Assembly: GCF_964194025.1 (NCBI RefSeq)
Contig: NC_134481.1
Span: 32,364,001-32,428,000 of the forward strand
Direction of reading: 5' to 3'
Source: Convolutriloba macropyga
Taxonomy: Eukaryota
DNA: 64,000 nucleotides
Shown here: positions 20,440 through 31,746 of the stretch, piece after piece
How positions within the stretch are numbered: position 1 is the first letter of the stretch
Layout: every line of letters starts with the position of its first letter
The notes under the pieces: generated by a model
What the model was told of the DNA's origin: nothing
Databases searched by the model: none
What the model saw: the letters and a program-made list of their open reading frames with translations, nothing else
Made by a program: the position numbers and the translations under genes

Positions 20440-23400
20440 TTTAATTGGTCATCAAGAACTTGATGGAAAAACTTGAGCAATTATATACCATTATATCTCA
20501 GTTGTGCTCAGGGGTTATTAAGTCTCATTGAAGTTTCAATTTTGTTCTCAAAGATAGTATACCATTCTCGCTTTGAGAGTCTTTGAGTTTTAAGATTTTA
20601 ACAAGATTTTTGAAAAGGTGTTTTTGTTCTCGTCTGATGAGTTAATTTCGTCTACGAGTTTTGCTGATATACTTTTTGAGGTGATGAGTGGACGAGAGAT
20701 TCCGCTCATAGCAACCGATTGATAAAGAACTTCACTTCTCATTTCTGTTTTTTCACCAGTTTTGAGTAGATTGTTGATGAGTCTTTGAACATTCGTCAAG
20801 GTATTGAATGTGCCTGTGTGTCTTGAGTTATACAGGAACTTTGGGAGATTAAAAGTTTCATTGGTTTCTTGCTTGGCTTTCAAAGTTTTTGGTCGAGAAA
20901 TGCAACGTGTATATATGGCTATTTGTGTTTGGATGAGATGAAGTTTTATAGAAAGTTATCTCTTGTTGACAGGATTTCACTGTTTGACTTTCATTTCCAG
21001 TTGAGTGCGTTCGCAAAACTGTTTCACTGTATCAAATAGTACATCAATTGATGATTTACAGATTGAACAAGTAATATCATCTGTATAAGCTACTGTTTTT
21101 GAGCCGCTGATTCCTTTATTATGTGGGAAAATATGTGTGCAGCAGAGTAAGGGTTCAACAACGAGTATGAAAATGAAGCTGAATGGGGACAATTTTGCCT
21201 AATTGCACGTTGTAGTACAATTGTTTTGGAAAGGTAGCCATTGATCTCAATAATTGCTTTCGTTTCTTTATAAACTGTACTTATTGCAGATTTTGTGTAC
21301 TTGTCAGCACCAATTTTGTCGAGAAGAGCTAAGATTTAATCTCTACTTTGTCGACTGCTTTTGAAAAACCGAGTTTCACAAAGCATTTGCTGTTATTGGG
21401 TTGCTTATGGAGTTTTCGCTATTTTTGAATTCTATATGGATTTGTCTTTGCTCAATAAAGCATGCTGATGTTGACCGACTATGTCTTCGAGAGCTCTTAT
21501 GATTCTGGCAGATAGAATGTGTGAGATGGAATTTTTAGATCATTGTTGAGCAAGCTTACAGGTCTGTATTCATCAACAGTACTTGGATGATCAGTTTCAG
21601 ATAGAAAAACTTCTTGTCAATTTTCAAGAAAAAACTTCTTGTCAAGATTGCAATTTGTCAGCTTCCGGGAACTTTTCCATTCGAACAACATTATTGAGAT
21701 TCTTTTACAGCAAAGTTTGAGGTTATTCCATCTGATCCCGGTGAGCTTTGCATTCAGATTGTTAATTGCTTTCAATACTTCATTTGTAGTGTTTTCATTT
21801 TCACATGTTGCTTCTGTTAAGCGTTCATTCAATTGACCAAGAAATATCTCAAAGGAAGCTTTCTTTCTTGCTTTATAGAGCTGGATAACATTGTTTTCAA
21901 ACTTCGATGAATTCATCCTGATTTAATGTTAAACTTGCACCACGCTTCAGCGAAGTAATATTGTTCGTGTTTTTTTTGCTTTTCCCAGGTTTTGAGACCT
22001 TTCGCATTTCCAAGTTTGCATTATTGAGTCAGTTTCTTGAAGTGGTTGAATATAACTTTTTCTTGTTTTCATACTAATTTAATTTGGAGATTGTTTCCTT
22101 GTATCGCTTTAAATTTATTTCATCGGAATAATGTTTTTGAATTTGTTCTCTAAGTCTTTTCTCCGGCCAAGGTGGTTTTAATTTGCCAGCTTAAGATTTT
22201 CGATTATTAATAGCTAGGGCCTAGCAGACATCACGTATGTGACACTTTAATTCTGCATTTCTTTCATGTATCAAACAATTATTTCGAAGTGTTTCTCTTT
22301 TTTGATTTACTCTTTGCTCTGCAATAAAATAGTATCATTCATTTTCCAAAAGCTTTGCCCGCGTTATTTTTCTTTGCGGTCATTACTTAGCTCTAACAAC
22401 ATGTGAGCTGAGAAATTACGTCGATTTACTTTATTTCGGTGCAATGCGTTTGGTTTGTAAAAAAATAGTCAATTCGTGAAAAAGACGATGTTCTCTTGTA
22501 GTGCGCGAAATCAAGTACGTCTAGTTTTATGCCTGTATCAAAGGAGTGCTTTCTGTGGATCAGTTTGGAGCTTTAAAAATCGTTTTACTCTATGGTCTTT
22601 GCTTCTGTGAGTAGTTGCTGTGTTTCTCGGATCATGACTGAAAGCATTATAATCCCCTTTTAAGAAATTAAATCTGTAAATGCCGAGTTTCGAGAGACTT
22701 AAGCTCAAATGTTTTATTTTTTTCAGTGTAGTCGCTTGTTTTCAGATATACATTGAATACCGTTATATTGAGTTGCGTAAAAGTAACTCCACTGTGATCT
22801 CGTGATTGCATTATTTGATCTTCAGTTTTTAGTTTTCACTCCAAACTGTAATCAAACGTCCGCTGCAATTTATTGCAGGCACTAGATTATAGCGTAATTT
22901 TTACTGCTCAAGAACTTTCGCGTGAGCGAGATAGGACTAGAATTTTGGAATCTCGATAACAAAATGATGAAATTTCCCCTGTTACATTTGTAGCATTTTT
23001 CAATTATTGAGAAATTTTTTTTCGGGCTCTTAGGGCCACATGAGTGTAAACAGAAGATTTTGCGCTCGATCATTTTTGTTTTTCTCGGTCTGATTTTTCT
23101 TTTTCATCCACTGATTGTTTATGAATTGTTTTGCTATTTGCGCGTTTTGTTGTTTTTGGGTTTTACTTAGTGGCCGATTGGCGCCTGCCTGATCTGTATT
23201 GTTTGGGAACAGCACTATTATGAAGCTCTACTGGTTGAAGCTTCTCGGTATTGAGATAGGTGTTTTCATTATTTTCAGCGTTTTGTATGGTGGTCGAGGT
23301 TTTGTTAACTTTTTTTTCTTCAAACTTTTTCTGTAAGAGCTTTCTCCACTTCCTCTACATCTATGGTCAAGTTGCGGAAGGAAGTGTCACTGATTATGGA

Positions 23401-24370
23401 ATTTGATCTCTGAGCTATTCCATTCTTTGAATTCTGTCATCCGATTTTCATATGACAATGTTTTTAGTCTTTCCTCTTCAGTTGCGTTCTTCAACGTCAC
23501 ACTGTGTTAGCTGGCCATTAAGAATAAGATAGCATCCTATGTTTTTCATCCAGTAAATCGTTGGGCTGTGTTTTCTTCCCTCTGGAAGTTCTATTAATTT
23601 CAGGGCTTCAGTGTTTGGCTTCAGTGTCAGTGGTTTCTTTCCGTGTTAAAGAAATGTTTGCCCGTAAGGAAAACGGTTCTGCCTAGTAATTTTATGCCTC
23701 TGGATCTAAATAAGTGGTATTCAGTTTTGACTATTTGTAAGGAGACAACAGTCAGCGACAGAAGTCTTGTCTCTTATGTGTGCAAAGGTTTTGCCTATTG
23801 CTATTTGATTTCGTCCTTCTTGCGGAAGTTCGTTCAGAATAGATTTTGCACACTGAAAATAGACGTTGTTCAAGATTCGTCATTCGAAATATTTGAGTTC
23901 GTGAATGGAGGGATAACTTGCATTATTTGGAAGTCGTTTGAGGTCTTTTCTTTCGCTCAGCCTTTTTGAATGATTGAAGAATACGTATTTTGGTTTTCGC
24001 TGGGAGTAGGCGTCATTGATGAAGGGAAAGTGTTCTCCCTCATAGGAGAAAACAGCTTGTTATACCAGGAAGACGTATGAAGAGTAGATTTTAAAAGAAA
24101 TGTTTAATAAAAACTTAAATTCATAATCTCAGAAGTTAATTTTGTTAAGAATTCTAAGGGCCCTACAGTAATGGAGAGATTAACTTGAAAAAGCAACTTA
24201 AAAAGCTAAAGCTAAGGAAAATGTGGAGTTGTAGTTTTTCAAGGAATAAAAATATGAGGGAAAGGTAATTGAAAATTCAGGATTTTAAATTCAATCTTAA
24301 GGAACGTTTAAAGAAAAATCTCTTTTAAAAAAGTCTATTTCCCAAAGGACGTTCCTACACAAAGACACAA
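20440..24370 (-). mobile_element. Decayed L1/Tx1-type non-LTR retrotransposon (ORF1-like region about 24016-23100; APE endonuclease and RT about 23090-20440); ends approximate
   Basis: Minus-strand remnants FNVY, KGDYNA, SRIDYF, GPSY (endonuclease) and LSPFSFIFILVVEPLL..AYTDDITC (RT); many stops. Confidence 0.8.
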
Positions 24371-25367
24371 AATGGAGTACTTGCTTGTGGCTTTCCTATC
24401 AACACTTTGAGGTACTGATCCGAAAGTGACAATAATAGCATTTTAAGCATCATGGATAACAATTGGGCTACAAAATAATTGCTTAGTGAGCTGAACGCCA
24501 GCATTTTTTTTATTTGTTTTAATTTTTTAAAAATTTTTAATGACTCAATAATGGGTTTTTTTGGTCTGACCCGTTTCTCTTAACAAGCGTTAGCAGGTCT
24601 GTTGCTTGATTAGATTTTGGTTGATCGTGATTTTTACGCTAAGTTTCTGTTCTGTTAATGTTCAAGCTCAAAGAGGCTCATTTGTACGACTGAGGTCCCG
24701 AATAAAGAGGTTTCTGTGGAATAAAGTTTAATAAAGATCAGTTTTTCTCAAATATTTTTAGTTTTAAAAGTGGCATCAAAAATTTGGAACACTTGGTATC
24801 TGATCTGTTTCTATCGCTCTAAGGCATGCTAATGCATTTCCCAGTTATATTTGACATAGCCAGCATTTCGATGGATATGTTCAATTGTCAACCGGATATC
24901 AGCTCCGATTTTCAATATTACATTTTTTGTAATCAGTTTTTCAAAGTCAGAGTTGCTATTGAGTTGCAGAGATTCGGGGGACTAGATTTTTGGTGCCTTT
25001 CAGTCTTCTGATAACTCTCCTCTTTTGGTATCAGTTCTGTCTTTAATAAGATGCAATGCAGGTGGCTTTGCTAAGTACTAAGCTATCAGAAGACTTAGTT
25101 ATCGGTTCATTTACCTTTCTAATAAAGGTTTTTGAATGCGATATTTTCGAAGTGCTATTCTGAGCGCAATTTGGTAAAAATGCTCTGTTTCCTACATAAA
25201 TTTTTTAAAAAGTTTATTGAAGCAATTGAACGGCACCAGGCAGTGATGAAAAGTGAATAGTTTATATTAGGGAAATGCTATAAATATTTTACGCAATAGT
25301 TTTCATCCAATCAAATTTTAGAATATATTGCCTTAACTCAGGTTTCAGCGGAGAAACTTGCGACAGC

Positions 25368-25405
25368 TAAGCTGACAGGTCTAAATAGGACGAAATGACG
25401 TCCTT
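25368..25405 (+). ncRNA. Degenerate type I hammerhead-ribozyme-like motif
   Basis: aag-CTGACAG-GTCTaaatAGGAC-GAAA-tgac-GTC-ctt: stem II, GAAA, GUC triplet and 3-bp stem I present; CUGANGA core reads CUGACAG. Confidence 0.45.
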
Positions 25406-27509
25406 TCGGAGGCCGACTTCAGCATGTTCTCAAATTAGTTTATCAGCGAACAGCCCTGAAGCAGTTCTCAAAATATTTCATTTTAAATGAAAAGTAATTT
25501 ACTGTTTTGACTCGTTAGTTTATTGAATTTTCTTCAAAAAAGACTCTTAAAGAGTTCATTTTGATCCGCGGAAGTTATTTATCCTCATTATTAAGAGACT
25601 AATTTAGTTTTAGTTAATTGCTTAATTTATGAATTAATTTATCCAAATAGTAACAATTACTTGTTCTTTTCGTGATGTGGTTATTTGTGCATTTTGGTGT
25701 TTCAATGTGCTTTTAAAATTTTGTAGTTAATCCAAAATTTTTTGTGCAGATTGTGTACCTTTATTATCTCGTGCTTTTACAGGTTAAATGAACTGGTTGA
25801 TCACAAACAAATTGGCGAGCGATTGTGGTTATAAAAACTATGAACCTTATCATAATACTAGAAATTATATCTGCTATTTGTTCTGTGCTCGATTCTTGGT
25901 CCACCCAAGCTTTGTGGTCATGAACCATAATAAAAAACCATAATAGGGGACTATAATTTTCTGTATGAGGTGGGGGCTACTATGAGGAAGGTCTTTCTTT
26001 AAAGAAAAAAAGCACGAGAACGATTTGAATTAATTTGGCCATGAAAGTGATGGCTTTACATTATGGCTTTCAAATGAACTGAAATAGTTCAAGCACCAGT
26101 AGCTTGTCAAATAATCAATTAATGTTTAAAAGCGCTGATTTTTAAGCTCTAAATTGTACATAATTTGTTTCCTCTGTATAAAATGTTGCTTTCTTCAATA
26201 TAGCTGTGCAATACCTTTCCTTTCTCTCTTTTCCTTTCGTATTTTCAAATGAATCGAAGCAGTTTTCATCCATTTTTCAGTTTTCATGTAGGGCAGTAAT
26301 TACGCATGTTCTTGTATTATATATAGCATACAATCTTCAAAGTGTATCAATAATGTTGTGATGGATTGTTAAGACTATCAATTAGTTAATTTTGGGGTAC
26401 TGTGTAATAATCATCACCCCCCACACACCACCACCCCCACACCACCTGAAACAATTCAAATATAGGCTTGACGATTTCTGGTAGATAGCTATGCTTTTTC
26501 GTGAATTGTTTAATAGCTACTTCCAGTAATTTTATATATCATACTCGTTGGAAAAATGTGTATTCTCCTAATTGCTGATTTAATTAGGCTAATAAATGTT
26601 GGTTCTTGGGGGAGTCTTTACAAGGGAGTTGGGGGAGGGGGTTAATTTTGGAGTATCAACATTTTGTTATTATTCCTCGTTTTTAGGTGCTCATTAATAC
26701 CAACAAATCCATTCCCTCAATCGATCTATCTTTCTTTTTCCACTCTCTTCTTCTTATTATCTATCTATCTATCTCTTAATTCCTGTTAACCTGTGCTCCG
26801 AGCAACTCAAGTGTCGCGTATCGATATAAATTAGTCTGCTTTGTCTTAAGTTGTGGAGAACTTTCCTCATATTTTACATTAGCATGTTCCCCCTTCCCTT
26901 ATAGTACCAAAATCAATACTACGACGCTAGCCTATCTCTCTGCGTGCCAAATTGTTCTAAAATAAAAACTACTTCTACTAAAAGCTAAATATAAGTTCCT
27001 GCTTAAAGTTATTAAATGTAAATTGGTCACATGTGTTGAGTGGAACCTCATTTCAATTCAGTTCCTCCCTCCTATATTCATGGTGGATGGCCTATGTGAG
27101 ATGTTGTGGATATTCTTTGTTAGACGGGTGCTCAAGTGCTAATATTTTACTATCAACTAATGAAATCTCTATGAAGTGTATATGTTCATTAAATGTGAAC
27201 TCTATCAATGTTTTTATAGAATTGACATCTATGAAGTTTGACTTGGAACTCGAATTTGCCAATCAGCTTGTTTTCAAAATCTTTAGTTGGCTGCTACTCA
27301 TTGATGTGGCAATGAGCATGATTGAAATGATGCCGAAATCGAATCGTATTCTTGATTCTGTTCCAACCCTCCATGTTATTGGAGTCTTAGAAAGTTCATT
27401 CCTTACAATTTTTTTTTTCAATCGATATTTTTTGAGGTTAGCAACTTTTTCAGCCCCGCAAATTTTGGACATATATATCCTGAAAATCAATCTCCTGAAA
27501 ATTTTAACA

Positions 27510-27571
27510 GTTTCCCTCAAATTGTTAAGTTTCCCTCAAATTGTTAAGTTCTCCTCAAATTGTTAAGTTTC
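27510..27571. repeat. Tandem repeat, three copies of 19 bp (gtttccctcaaattgttaa); related copies at 29258-29300
   Basis: Directly visible. Confidence 0.85.
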
Positions 27572-27599
27572 TTTTGAATCTCAAACATGTAAATTCGAA

Positions 27600-29100
27600 T
27601 AATCTCAAGTTACATGTTGTAATATAAATCAAACATACTACATCTTTCCCTTGAATAACTAAATATAATAAAAAAACTAAGGTTCAGTTTCTAGTTTTCG
27701 TGATTTATTTTATAAAAATAAACTTTTAAAGCCGTCATTTTTTTTGTCCATTGGAACTCGTTCGTGTCTTTTTTGCATCTTTCTTTAATTCTTTTTTAAA
27801 TTTTTTCTTTGATTTTTCCTTTCTGGAAGTTCATGGAAGTTTATTCCATTTCCGAACGAAGTTTCTTATAATTGAATTTTGACTCAATTTTGATTTACAT
27901 TTAGTTGTGAGAGAAAAATCATATGTACGATTGTTTTACTTTAATTTCAACGTCTCCGATTACTCTGAATTTCTTTTGGTCTTGTTTTTGTTGGACAATA
28001 TCGAAAAGTCTATTTAATGAAGTTTTAGCTATTTGAAGTTCTGCGGAAGTATTTTGTTTTCAAGAAGTAGTTTATGAGCACTGTCATATTTTGTTTGTAA
28101 ATAGCAAACTTTTATGCCCCATCTAATTTGTTTGTTTATTCTGTCAATTGAGTAGGATGGCAAACTTTGAAAAAAATATTGCACTAAAGTCTAAATGCGA
28201 TAACACAAGTGAGCTAAAGAGGTTTATTCGAGCCTTTAAAGTTATTCGATTGCGTACCAAATAAATTGATCTGATAGCTAAAGCCGTTTTGCTGATCACA
28301 TTAGTAAGTTGTTTTTGGTATGTCAGCTCTTTGTCAAGAATAACACCTAAGTATCTGCTTTCATCTGTTGGTTCCAATGAATGACTTTTAACTTCAACGC
28401 AATAGACAGTTGGTAATTTTTCATTTTTGAAATTAATTATTTCGTTTCCCTTCATTAAGAGTTAATTTGTTTTGTTTCATATATTGTTCAGTTTCCATCA
28501 ATATTTTTTGGCCTTTGCTTCTGAACACTGTTCATTTCTGATGTCATTTAATCAAGGAAGAATTCTGAAAGGTTTACATTTGAACAATACGCCACATTTA
28601 TGAGCACTTTTTCTTTCAGAGGCTCAGTTACTTCTATCCATAATGATTAAAAAAACTCCGGTTAATGGTGTTCAAGTCATTTATTTTGGTTGAAATCTGC
28701 TTCGGTATCCATATGCCTACACCTCCCCCTCTTTCCAATTCAGTTTATGATGATCTCGGCGGTTGAATAAATTGATGGCTACTGCATAGGAAAGAATCTG
28801 GAATAGTATTGTTCCCTTTTATCCATGTTTCGGTAACAGCTAGGAAAGACAACTGGTCGAGATTTGTCAAAAAATTTGATAACTTTTCGTATTTATTATT
28901 TAGGCTTCTACAATTCATGTATCAGAACTGAGATTATCGTCTCTTCTGTTCTTTGCTTTATAGTGCTGGTCTATTGTTTTCAATTTTTCTATTTGAGCTG
29001 GGCCAGGGTTTGTTTCAATATCTCAACTTTTTTTGCAGAATAATTGATATGACGGATAATAAATACGTTAGATTGATGAAACCCGACCCTAGTGAAAACA
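27600..29100 (-). mobile_element. Internally deleted, decayed CR1/L2-type non-LTR retrotransposon
   Basis: Minus strand DIETNPGP (29022-28999), MNCRSLNNK..LAVTETW and GGVGIWI (APE N-terminus, 28918-28700), then directly RT C-terminus RYLGVILDKELTYQKQL..LFSSLVLSHLDF (28455-28144). Confidence 0.8.
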
Positions 29101-30156
29101 AATTATTAAAATAAATATGACACAAATTAATTTTTGGTTTTTAATATGATTTGAGTGACCTTTGAAAAAGGCAACCTTCCCCCCTTTACAAACAAAACCT
29201 ATTATTAAAATCACAAACAAAACTTATGTTTTCTTCAAAAGAAACCTTTGTTTCCGTCAAATTGTTTACAGTTTCCCTCAAATTGTTAACAGTTTACTTC
29301 AGGTGATCGTCATTGGCAGGCTAAAATAACCAAATGTGTAAATTAAACAAGAAAGTAAGTTTTTTCATTTATTCCGATTATAAAACTAAGGACAGATTTA
29401 GTTACCCTTGAAAAATTTGAAGATTACATTAACTAATTTATTTAACATCGAGCCTGTCATTTCAAACGAATTTGTATGGAATGTTTATTTGAATGTGAAA
29501 TTTGAAAGAATCCGCCACTTTTAAAAAGAATAAAAAGTTAGTCTATCCCTATTTGCCTGAAACAGTGGAGGAAAAATTGTGCTCTGTGAGAATGGACAAA
29601 GTTTTTTTTTTGAAAAATTCAGTGTCCTCGTGTGTTAAAATCTTGACTAGTTCATTATCTGGTTGTTTCATTGTCCTTGATAGAATTCAAAGTTTCGAAG
29701 CAGTGCTTTTAATGGCTTTCATGGCTTAAGGTATATAAAAAGAAATTTTTCAGTGGTCGTTGCGGGCTAAGAGATGAGTTTCCTGCCCTGACTATGAAGT
29801 TTGTTAGCATTGCGATTCATATTTACTTGGGCAGCGTTAATTAGCAGTTGTTGATTAAAACTGATAGCTGGTCTTGAGAACTTGAAAACATAGTTTTTAA
29901 AAAAGATTCTTTGGTGTTAAAGAACATTTACATTCACTTATGACCTATTTTGAATTGCTCTTGAACAATGTTTGTAGCGTGCGTGTTTTTGTAAACGTGC
30001 TGGTTTTTTTAATGCAAATTTTTTGCCTGACTGTTTTTGCTCTTTTGTTATAGAACATTCTATGACTTCTTTAGTGATCTTTTTGGTTGATCTAAGTCAC
30101 TCTCGTTCTGACATCAATTTCGTTGGTAAAAGCGATTCTGAGCTGATGAAATCAAA

Positions 30157-30228
30157 GCCATTGTAGCTGAGTGATTAGGATGTCAGACTGCCAACCTGGA
30201 GGTCAGTAATTCGAACCCCCGTCGGATT
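30157..30228 (+). pseudogene. tRNA-derived sequence (SINE head or tRNA pseudogene) inside a repeat
   Basis: A-box TAGCTGAGTG, anticodon-arm-like CAGA-CTGCCAA-CCTG, B-box-like ATTCGAACCC; acceptor stem does not pair. Confidence 0.55.
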
Positions 30229-31674
30229 GTCTTTTGCGCACCGCAAAACTTCTCAGCTACGTGGCCTCTAAATTCAACTGCAACTGCCCCGACTTTTGTT
30301 CGAGAGCAATTAATCCGACGTTAGCTGATTTATATTGTTATTTGACGTTGTTTACTTAGATGCTGTTCTTTTTGTATCAAACTTTGCCATCAATTGATGA
30401 AGATAACTATCCAAAGCCGTTTAGTTAGCTTTGAGTTTCACGTTTTTGATTTTCAATTAATTACGCCAAGTTGTTTAAAGTATTCTTGACTAATGTTGTA
30501 CTACCAAAAGGGAAGAACAGATTTAGTTACTGTAGGAGACTTTTTTTCTTGGTGTGAAGAGTGGATCTTAGAGTTTGACCCCGACCCACGTGAAAGCTTC
30601 AGCACTTGCCCCTACCCCTCCCCCGCCACTGCGCACCCACCCGTCACTCCACCCCTCCACCTCATGCCATCCGTAATCCGGCACGCTCGCCTCCTCCCAA
30701 ATTGGTCACCCCACCGTATTAAGATAAAGCTAACTACCCAAAACCGGTTGGTCGGATATGTCGAATATTTCTACCAGCATGACACACTTTTTCCTCTAAA
30801 AATTGATTTTGAAGCAATTATCTTTGAAATAATGATAGCTGTTTCTCATCTCTTCATATCTCGGAAACTGATCACGGTGATCCTTTTAGCAGCAGTTAGA
30901 CCTATCAAGTGACATAATTTCACTGCTGTACGGGCACATAAATCAAGAGCAGGGTTGTTCAAATAAGTTATGGATCAAATGATGTAGATAATTTTTTTTA
31001 CTGATGAGCATGAGCAATGTTTGGTTGCTAGCTTTTTTTACCGTATTCAACGACAAGTTCTAACTGGATTAAAATTGAGCTGACTTCGCAAATTAATTAT
31101 CAAGTTTCTACGTTTTTGGTGGTGTTAAAAAGTTTTAGTGGCGATAAAGTCAAGCCGTCATTTGCAACAAAAATGTTCTCTTTCCGCCTTTTTAAATAGC
31201 GTTTAATATCAAAATAAGTAAGCTATTTAGCTTGAACACGTTGGATGATTGTTGTCCTAACCTCAATTTAATTAGGGGTTAGGCGCTTTTTGCGAGCCCC
31301 GCTTTGTTCAGTTCATTTAGGACGATCGATATCTTTGGCCGAGATAAGATAAACTGTTGTAAAATTAAATCCATCCCTGAAGACATTTTCTAAGTTATCG
31401 TTTCTCAAAAACGGTTCTTAATGTTTTGAAGAAATCTTTTTTCTTACCGTTTCAAGCTTCATGTTTTTTCATTGCTCTCGGGCCAATTATTGTAAACGTG
31501 TCTTTTATATGCAAAATTTTTTCTCTAATTTTTACTTTTTCGAGAACATTCTTTGACCTCTCTAGTGATTTCTTCACGCTTGAGTCCTTCAGTTTTGAGT
31601 GATCTAAGTTGCTGTCGTTTTGGTGTAAAGTATGTTGCTAATATAAAGGCGATTGTGAGCTTATAATGATCAAA

Positions 31675-31746
31675 GCCATTTTAGCTGAGTGATTGAAATG
31701 TTGGACTGACATTCTGGAAGTCAGGGGTTCGAATCGCTGTGGGGTC
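31675..31746 (+). pseudogene. Second copy of the tRNA-derived sequence
   Basis: GCCATTTTAGCTGAGTG..GGGGTTCGAATC; flanks 31490-31850 match 29985-30330. Confidence 0.55.

Noticed and set aside
27033-27566. 177-aa ORF
   Set aside because: Non-ATG start, no recognisable motifs, ends in a minisatellite
30157-30228. Functional tRNA-Gly(GCC) gene
   Set aside because: Acceptor and T stems do not pair, and the sister copy has a different triplet (GAC)
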